This document shows positions 6,554 through 12,845 of a DNA stretch of 64,000 bases, piece after piece. Each line of letters opens with the position of its first letter. Position 1 is the first letter of the stretch. Origin of the DNA: a virus (Duplodnaviria; Caudoviricetes). The stretch covers positions 12,336-76,335 of the IMG/VR virus record IMGVR_UViG_2974630879_000001; one strand, written 5' to 3'. A program made the position numbers and the translations under genes. A model generated the notes under the pieces. It ran no database searches and was not told the DNA's origin. It saw nothing but the letters and a program-made list of their open reading frames with translations.

Positions 6554-6849
6554 TGAACTTGTAGGAGTAGGACGAGTACAGTCCTGAAGCCGTGCAGCGG
6601 TCTTACTACAGGCATAGCCAGATGGCTGCACTACATCTTGGCACTTGTTCAACTATTGCTGGTGGACCAGCGTAGGCACTCAGCGAACCTGTACTGCCGA
6701 GTTTTCATGGTATGGAGACATAGTTGTTCGAACTGCTACCACATGTACTTCCCCTCGCCGACAGGTCAGACACGGGGAGCTACCATCTCAGGGCAAATCC
6801 CTGAGGGTGAATGAAGATAGATGCCTTCAAGGCATGCGGATAGCAGTTC
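6554..6849 (+). ncRNA. putative structured RNA between tRNA-Pro and tRNA-Thr
   Basis: Perfect 9-bp 6730-6738/6841-6849 closes a three-hairpin junction; a second junction is closed by 6558-6564/6606-6612. Confidence 0.45.
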
Positions 6850-6860
6850 CTTTTCAATAT

Positions 6861-6936
6861 GCTGCCTTAGCTCAGCTGGGAGAGCACCTGCCTTGTAAGC
6901 AGGCGGTCCACAGTTCAATCCTGTGAGGCAGCACCA
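6861..6936 (+). tRNA. tRNA-Thr: tRNA-Thr (TGT)
   Basis: 76-nt cloverleaf; CCTGC-CTTGTAA-GCAGG; CCA. Confidence 0.96.
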
Positions 6937-7105
6937 AGCAGCGGTAGTTATGGGTAACTACCAGTGGTGCGACACTGTTACACAATCCAGATTCTAGATA
7001 CTGGCCGTGTCAAGCAAAAACACAAATGGGAACCCTTTGAGTAACGCCGAGTCCTCATCAGAGAATCAGGCCGTTGCGCTGATCAGCGTTAATCTTCAGC
7101 ACTAT

Positions 7106-7180
7106 AGGGGAATCGTACAGCGGTCAGTACCCCAACCTTTGACGTTGGTAACCTTGGTTCAAATCCAAGTTCCTCTTCCA
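7106..7180 (+). tRNA. tRNA-Gln: tRNA-Gln (TTG)
   Basis: 75 nt; CCAAC-CTTTGAC-GTTGG; T-loop TTCAAAT; CCA. Confidence 0.93.
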
Positions 7181-7191
7181 ATTCTTTTTAT

Positions 7192-7351
7192 GGTGTGGGT
7201 GCGATCAGAGACATCTGATAGCTTCCATAATGCAACTACGTCTGCTTGCAGGCTAGTGAGCTTCTGTACGACATTAGTAGTTGGCTGTTGCAGCCTCACC
7301 AACGTTGTCAAGTACAGCATGCAGGTAATCAATCCTGTGCCTACACCGCCA
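7192..7351 (+). ncRNA. oversized tRNA-like RNA B (160 nt, G-CCA end)
   Basis: 9-bp terminal stem GGTGTGGGT/GCCTACACC plus G-CCA; four arms in cloverleaf order; shares CTACGTCTG with RNA A at a similar offset. Confidence 0.62.
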
Positions 7352-7358
7352 TCTCAAT

Positions 7359-7408
7359 GTCGCCCTGGGAACTACCGGAAGGGTAGTCTTCCGCCTGGGG
7401 CGGCTCCA
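7359..7408 (+). ncRNA. 50-nt hairpin RNA ending in T-CCA
   Basis: 11-bp stem GTCGCCCTGGG/CCTGGGGCGGC followed by T-CCA; AT at -2/-1. Confidence 0.5.
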
Positions 7409-7411
7409 TAA

Positions 7412-7915
7412 AGACTGGATGACTTCATCCTTCAAGACGGTCTATAAATGTCCACGAAGGGTAGTTTGTCCCTACTAGAACGGGATAGTCAGTTGTGAGT
7501 CCGAATTCTTTAATACGAACTCTCCGTGCATACAGTTGCAGGATTTCAAACACGTAAACTACCAGAACCTGACAGATGTAGTCCTTGAGGCTGCATCTGG
7601 GAATTCTTCCGCAAGTTAGTGACTGACGGTGTAGCTATCGCGCTGCCGTAAAAACATTGTGAGACCTGAGAGGGAGGTGATATCACCCACGACGGTCGGC
7701 GAACACTAGCCTGATCAGCTAAAAAGCTAGGAGAATTTCCAGATGTTGCTTCAACAAGAAGAGCGCATGGCTTATCAACCATAACGCATAGATGCTTGGC
7801 TTACCTAAGCAACATCGTCTACAGACCCACTTTGCTGAGTGCTCAACAGAGAGCCGTAGCTTCCGAATGTGATCCCCTGTCACGGTAGAAGTTATGCGGA
7901 GTCATGATCCGGCTC
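7412..7915 (+). ncRNA. putative ~500-nt structured RNA
   Basis: Uninterrupted 17-bp helix 7593-7609/7730-7746, 8-bp 7460-7467/7556-7563, 6-bp 7851-7856/7910-7915; no credible ORF. Confidence 0.5.
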
Positions 7916-7925
7916 AGCTCCCCTT

Positions 7926-7960
7926 AAAAGCTCAGACATTCGTCTGGGCTTTTATTTTTT
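7926..7960 (+). terminator. intrinsic terminator closing the RNA island
   Basis: AAAAGCTCAGAC-ATTC-GTCTGGGCTTTT followed by ATTTTTT. Confidence 0.85.
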
Positions 7961-7970
7961 GGAGATCATC

Positions 7971-8303
7971 ATGAGCGATACCTTCGACCATGAAGCTGAA
8001 GCGTGGGATGATCGTGATCGACGAGAAGATGCCGATGATGATCTCCCAACATTCATGCGTCGCCGCAAGGAACCAAGACGGGAATATGTCCCGTATCAAA
8101 GACCCGAGCCGACCTATCAAGCCTTTCCTCTGATTCGTGAAGTACACGAGACTGAGAAGGCTCACCTCGTTGTATTCACTTTCGATGACGAGGACATCGA
8201 GAGGTGGCTTCCTAAATCACAATGCCGCATTCCCTACGCTGACTTGATCGAGATATCGACATGGCTGGTAGGCAGAATAAAGGATGAGATCAATGGCAGA
8301 TGA
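7971..8303 (+). CDS. hypothetical protein
   Basis: GGAG RBS before the ATG at 7971; acidic N-terminus. Confidence 0.75.
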   Translation: MSDTFDHEAEAWDDRDRREDADDDLPTFMRRRKEPRREYVPYQRPEPTYQAFPLIREVHETEKAHLVVFTFDDEDIERWLPKSQCRIPYADLIEISTWLVGRIKDEINGR

Positions 8304-8514
8304 CAAACAAGTAGCCATACCACTATCGGTAATAGCTGACGCTTTAGATTGCTTCTGGAATCCTGCCGTCAATGCAATTCGAGATGCTTCATATCATGGT
8401 CCAGCATCTGGTGCCGATGTTGTTAGTGCCATTGCAAATGGCCTTGCAGCTGTAGCTGCTCACTTACGCGAACATGCTAACGAGCAGCGACCAGACGCGA
8501 AGGAAAGCTCCTAA
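8293..8514 (+). CDS. hypothetical protein
   Basis: Overlaps the previous stop; part of an operon-like array of small genes. Confidence 0.65.
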   Translation: MADDKQVAIPLSVIADALDCFWNPAVNAIRDASYHGPASGADVVSAIANGLAAVAAHLREHANEQRPDAKESS

Positions 8515-8588
8515 TGATCCAAGAACTATTGCTTCTCCTGGGCATCATCAAACGTCGTAACGTAGACAGGTATTACAGAAATGGCTAG
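8514..8588 (+). CDS. 24-aa microprotein MIQELLLLLGIIKRRNVDRYYRNG
   Basis: TAATG stop/start overlap upstream, AAGGA RBS, stop overlaps the next gene's start; absent from the supplied ORF track. Confidence 0.55.
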   Translation: MIQELLLLLGIIKRRNVDRYYRNG

Positions 8589-8781
8589 ACCCAAACGCTC
8601 TGCATGGTCATCTGACATGACCAAAGCCCCTCACAATAAGTACATCGTAGTTGAGGGAAAGAATGACATCAACAAAAGCTCAAGTGACTTTGTTGCTATT
8701 TGGAGTGATGTGTATAACACATTCATATCCAAGACTGGCTGGGTCATTGTTGGAGTCACTCGCTGGGCTGAAATCCTATGA
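8581..8781 (+). CDS. hypothetical protein
   Basis: ATGA overlap with the next gene. Confidence 0.65.
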   Translation: MARPKRSAWSSDMTKAPHNKYIVVEGKNDINKSSSDFVAIWSDVYNTFISKTGWVIVGVTRWAEIL

Positions 8782-9008
8782 GCGAGGAGAACAACAAAGC
8801 GTTCAAAGAATGGCTTGCTGCTAAGCGAGCTGCCAATCCAACCTTTGCAAAGAATCCTGCACTGAACTCTGCTGGGAACCATGGCACTGAATATGTCATG
8901 CGCCTAGCATTCTACGCAGGAGTCGATGCAGCTATCGCATTACTCGGAGAAGAGTATGAGGACATTCACTCCACCACTGTATCAACCGAACAAAAGTCTC
9001 TTGAGTGA
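8778..9008 (+). CDS. hypothetical protein
   Basis: Coupled overlap with the preceding gene. Confidence 0.65.
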   Translation: MSEENNKAFKEWLAAKRAANPTFAKNPALNSAGNHGTEYVMRLAFYAGVDAAIALLGEEYEDIHSTTVSTEQKSLE

Positions 9009-9138
9009 TCCATCAATCAAAGATGAGCACCTAGGACAAGTACTTCGACAAATTCCTTTCACAGCTGATGTGGAAGAAATTTTCAAACGTGCATCCATCA
9101 TCGCAGCTGAGCAGGAGACTCAAAATGAGGTCCGTTGA
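8956..9138 (+). CDS. hypothetical protein
   Basis: GGAG RBS before the ATG at 8956; stop overlaps the thyX start. Confidence 0.5.
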   Translation: MRTFTPPLYQPNKSLLSDPSIKDEHLGQVLRQIPFTADVEEIFKRASIIAAEQETQNEVR

Positions 9139-10021
9139 TCAGCCGATCATCATCGCAGATTCAATCAGTCCTGAAGGCATTCGCCTGACGACATTCCAGC
9201 TTCGCTATTGGCGTCCAATTCATTCGGAGCTGATGACACATCGTGCCTTCAGTCGTAATGCTGGTAGCAGTCGTGCACGTCCGTCTAAGGCCATCATTGA
9301 ACAAGTAGCAAATGACCCTTGGGGACCATTGCACTGGGGCAAGAACGAACCAGGGATGCAAGCTAACGCAGAACTGGATGGCTGGGAATTGACTAACAGT
9401 CAGGGTGCCTGGAAGCAATCAGCAAAGTTTGCTGCTGAAATGGCTCATCACATGGTGCAAAACAATGCCCATAAGCAGATCGTCAATCGTCTGCTGGAAC
9501 CATTCACCTACATCGATGTCGTTGTGACAGCAACTGACTTTGCGAACTGGTACGCACTGCGTGATCACGAAGATGCACAGCCTGAGATTCGCAGACTTGC
9601 TGAATTGATGAAGCGAGCACATTTGGAAAGCATCCCAAAGTTGCTTCAGCCGGGTAGCTGGCATTTGCCATACATCACTGAGCAAGACTGGGCTGATGCA
9701 ACATACCGATCAATCAACATGATCGGAGCACTGTCTCTACTCAAAAAGGCATCTGCTGCTCGTTGTGCCCGTGTCAGCTACAAGCTGTTTAATGGTGACA
9801 CTGCCAACTTCGGTGCTGATCTCGAACTGTTCGATCGTTTGCTCGTGAGCCAACCGCTGCATGCTAGCCCTGCCGAGCATCAAGCAACGCCTGATGTTTA
9901 CAAGAAACACAACTGGCGTACTGGTGAATCACCTCATTGGGTGAATAAAAAGTTGCATGGCAACTTCCGTGGTTGGTGTCAGCATCGCAAGATGTTACCT
10001 AACGAATACGTCCCAGGCTAA
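9125..10021 (+). CDS. thyX: FAD-dependent thymidylate synthase
   Basis: ELMTHRAFSRNAGSSRA ThyX-type motif, HKQIVNRLLEPF, SAARCARVSY, LHASPAEHQATP; start at 9125 after GGAG. Confidence 0.88.
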   Translation: MRSVDQPIIIADSISPEGIRLTTFQLRYWRPIHSELMTHRAFSRNAGSSRARPSKAIIEQVANDPWGPLHWGKNEPGMQANAELDGWELTNSQGAWKQSAKFAAEMAHHMVQNNAHKQIVNRLLEPFTYIDVVVTATDFANWYALRDHEDAQPEIRRLAELMKRAHLESIPKLLQPGSWHLPYITEQDWADATYRSINMIGALSLLKKASAARCARVSYKLFNGDTANFGADLELFDRLLVSQPLHASPAEHQATPDVYKKHNWRTGESPHWVNKKLHGNFRGWCQHRKMLPNEYVPG

Positions 10022-10024
10022 GTC

Positions 10025-10348
10025 ATGAAGATCGACAACATTGATTTTTTGGAATTCTCAGTCAACGGTAGATCACACACCGAAGCTGTAGAGTCATATG
10101 CAGAAATGGTAGATCAGTACGTAAAAGACTGTAGGAGCGCATACCACTTTGCTATGAATCCTGATCCAGAAATTCAATGGGGCTTGATTCAAGTGGGATG
10201 TGCTCTTGTAAATCTCACATTGATACCTCCTGAACAAGTGAGCGATAAGCGTTCCTGGTTCATGCGTTATCGCATCAAGCGAAGTGACGATAGTCCTATT
10301 GAAGACTATTTGTTTCTGAGAGCTAATGACTACATGCGGTTCCTGTAA
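10025..10348 (+). CDS. hypothetical protein
   Basis: 107-aa ORF 3 nt after thyX, followed by a terminator. Confidence 0.7.
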   Translation: MKIDNIDFLEFSVNGRSHTEAVESYAEMVDQYVKDCRSAYHFAMNPDPEIQWGLIQVGCALVNLTLIPPEQVSDKRSWFMRYRIKRSDDSPIEDYLFLRANDYMRFL

Positions 10349-10365
10349 GCCCGTTGTTTGGGTTA

Positions 10366-10402
10366 AACCCCCTTCGCAGTAATGCGTTGGGGGTTCTTTT
10401 TT
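10366..10402 (+). terminator. intrinsic terminator
   Basis: AACCCCC...GGGGGTT stem followed by CTTTTTT. Confidence 0.7.
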
Positions 10403-10425
10403 ACATCACATTTTTGGAGGTTATA

Positions 10426-12843
10426 GTGGAAGTCGCTAACACTGACCGTAAGGTCAACGCTGCACTCATTGGTAGTGCCGGTGAATCTCATGCGGTACAG
10501 GTTGCGGGCACTCGTGAATTCATCGAGATGCTATCTTCGAATCTGTACTCTCGACCCAAGGAAGCCATGATCCGTGAGGTTCTCTGCAATGCAGATGACG
10601 CTCACAAGGATGCTGGTTATACCGGTCCAATCGAAATCGTCATTGAAGATGACAACACACTGATCATCCGTGATCGTGGTCTGGGTATACCGCACGACAA
10701 GATGCATCTGATCTACGGTACCTACGGTGGGTCAACCAAGAAGAAAGACAGTATGGCCACCGGTGGCTTCGGTCTGGGCTGTAAGTCCCCGTGGTCCTAC
10801 ACGGATGCATTCACCGTAGCCAACTGCCATGCCGGAACCAAGACGATCAATACGATGCTGCGAGTCAGCAACGATCATGGGGGCCTGCCTGCAATCATTC
10901 CGATTGCTAACTTCCCTACTGACGAAACCGGTCTTGAAGTTCGTATCGACATCAAGCCGAATGACATTCGAGAAATTCGTGGACTGATAATTAATGCAGT
11001 CCACCGTGGTGGCATGAATGCTACCCTCAATGGGGATGTGCTGGACAGGATCGACTATCCAAGTGACCAAAGCTATGTGTTCGTTGAGAACAGTCATCTG
11101 AATCAAAAGATCATGGTCAAGTACGGTGCCGTGCTTTACCCCGTCGATGATCAAGATGTCTATCGTGAATTCTACAGAATGATCACTGATTACTTGAATC
11201 ATGGACAGACACTGATCCTCTTGGCTCCAGCTGATAGTCTGATCATCTCACCCAATCGAGAAAATGTTTCGTATCTTGACAAGACTCGTAAGCAGTTGTA
11301 CTTGCTGTTGCGTGAATTCATGGAAGAGATCAACAAGCGTGCGGAGCCTTATGCACGTCAGCTGATTCGAGAGACTAATGCTCTTGAAATTAAGAGCACA
11401 AAGCTGGAGTGGCTCAATCAAGTTCATCTAGCTGCTTGGATCAGTCACACCTTTATCAACAGAGGCAAGAGTAAGCTTGACGTATTCGGTCGAGTGATTC
11501 ACTCAATGCTGTTGTTGAATTACCCCAAGCAATTTCATAAGGCGAGTCTGAAGCAACGATTCAAACTCAGTCAGGAATACGTAAATCCAGGCTGGGAACG
11601 TTCTATGCTTCAACAGCTGAAGTATGCAGCTTTGGGGGATCGTAGCCAGCGTAGCAACACTTTCTTCAAACAAGCTGTGTTTCGATTTATGAGTCTGTCA
11701 CGACGCATGGGTCTAAGTAATTCTCAGCTTCGCTTTGGCGAACGTGAGCAAATCTACATGCGTGGATCGAAGTACAACTTCGGTCGGCATACCAGCACAT
11801 CTGTGCCGATTGAAGATTTTGTCTACAGAAGTATGCAACAGTTGGATGACCAAATTCCTTGGCTTCAGCCTGCTGTAGTGCTTACGCATACCATCAAGGG
11901 AATTGATGACTCAACTGTTCGTAGTACGCATAGAGCATTCTTTGCTGTTGTCATTCCACGTAGTGGTCAAAGCCGGTTTAGTATTGCAGATATTAGTGCT
12001 TACTATAAAAAAGCTGGGCTATCGGTTCTAGATCTGACTCCCAGTCAGAAGCTACTTACAAAAGCTAAGGGTGAAACCAAAGCTGTTAAGTATCCGACAC
12101 TGGGTATGCTTCGAATGATCAAAGCAACTACCTACGGTGACAAGTATATTCTGGAAAAGGCACTGACACTTTCAGTAAAAGACAATGGCTGTGAAAAGCC
12201 GTTGGCTTATATGAAAATTGCAGCACGTTCTGGAACATACGTCACGTCACCTATTGGTATGCATGACGATCACTTCCAAAAGCTTGTGTCATTGATTCAT
12301 GATGACACTGCAATTGTCACGACAGAAGCTGAGGTCAAGAAGCTGAAGAAGTTAGGTGCAATTGACTATCGCCAGATGATCTACGATCAAATTGCAGCTA
12401 TCTGGGCAGATCCAAAGGTGCGACAGGCGTATGCTTGGAGGCCAAAGGAAGATGGTCATAACGCTCACGGGCGTAGCATCAGAACATTGACGTCCTACCT
12501 CAGCAGTCCTTGGTACCGTAAAACATTTCAGCTTCCTGAAGTTGATTTGAGCAGCAGCATGAAGAAGAAGTTGAACCTGCTTTACACTTTCGTGCTTGCC
12601 TCTCACTGGTTCCTTACTGTTGATGAAGTTGTTAAGGACATTCAGAACATCACGAAGATGATGGCAGCAATGCGTAACAACAACGAACCATGGAAAGTGA
12701 AGTACATGTTCCAGTTCATCGAAACAAACCCACTCTTCCAGGGTAGTGTTAATGTCGATGAAATTCTCAAACTGAAGTCAATCGCAACTGATCCTAAGCT
12801 CATCACTAAGCTGGATCAGATCCTCAAAATCGTCATGGAGTAA
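10426..12843 (+). CDS. rIIA: rIIA-like protein
   Basis: N-terminal GHKL ATPase motifs (REVLCNADDAH, IRDRGLGI, GGFGLGCKSP); GTG start after GGAGG; paired with rIIB. Confidence 0.85.
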   Translation: MEVANTDRKVNAALIGSAGESHAVQVAGTREFIEMLSSNLYSRPKEAMIREVLCNADDAHKDAGYTGPIEIVIEDDNTLIIRDRGLGIPHDKMHLIYGTYGGSTKKKDSMATGGFGLGCKSPWSYTDAFTVANCHAGTKTINTMLRVSNDHGGLPAIIPIANFPTDETGLEVRIDIKPNDIREIRGLIINAVHRGGMNATLNGDVLDRIDYPSDQSYVFVENSHLNQKIMVKYGAVLYPVDDQDVYREFYRMITDYLNHGQTLILLAPADSLIISPNRENVSYLDKTRKQLYLLLREFMEEINKRAEPYARQLIRETNALEIKSTKLEWLNQVHLAAWISHTFINRGKSKLDVFGRVIHSMLLLNYPKQFHKASLKQRFKLSQEYVNPGWERSMLQQLKYAALGDRSQRSNTFFKQAVFRFMSLSRRMGLSNSQLRFGEREQIYMRGSKYNFGRHTSTSVPIEDFVYRSMQQLDDQIPWLQPAVVLTHTIKGIDDSTVRSTHRAFFAVVIPRSGQSRFSIADISAYYKKAGLSVLDLTPSQKLLTKAKGETKAVKYPTLGMLRMIKATTYGDKYILEKALTLSVKDNGCEKPLAYMKIAARSGTYVTSPIGMHDDHFQKLVSLIHDDTAIVTTEAEVKKLKKLGAIDYRQMIYDQIAAIWADPKVRQAYAWRPKEDGHNAHGRSIRTLTSYLSSPWYRKTFQLPEVDLSSSMKKKLNLLYTFVLASHWFLTVDEVVKDIQNITKMMAAMRNNNEPWKVKYMFQFIETNPLFQGSVNVDEILKLKSIATDPKLITKLDQILKIVME

Positions 12844-12845
12844 TC

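Noticed and set aside
7030-7061. Minus-strand CTGATGAG suggesting a second hammerhead
   Set aside because: It is followed by ...CTCAAA rather than a paired stem II and CGAAA, and I could not build stems I and III around it.
7666-7735. CTGAGA...ACCC...CCTGATC...TAGG order recalls a TPP riboswitch
   Set aside because: No 5' GGG strand for P2, no GCG before TAGG, wrong spacing, and no thiamine gene downstream.
5320-7782. ORF-track entries within the RNA island (for example 6645..6926, 7007..7411)
   Set aside because: They overlap tRNAs or strong RNA helices, lack an RBS and have atypical composition.
6967-7915. GTGCGAC and GAGCCG suggested a (permuted) group II intron
   Set aside because: No 34-nt domain V with paired lower stem and bulge, no domain VI with a bulged A, and an intact tRNA lies between the motifs. 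A covariance-model search would settle it.
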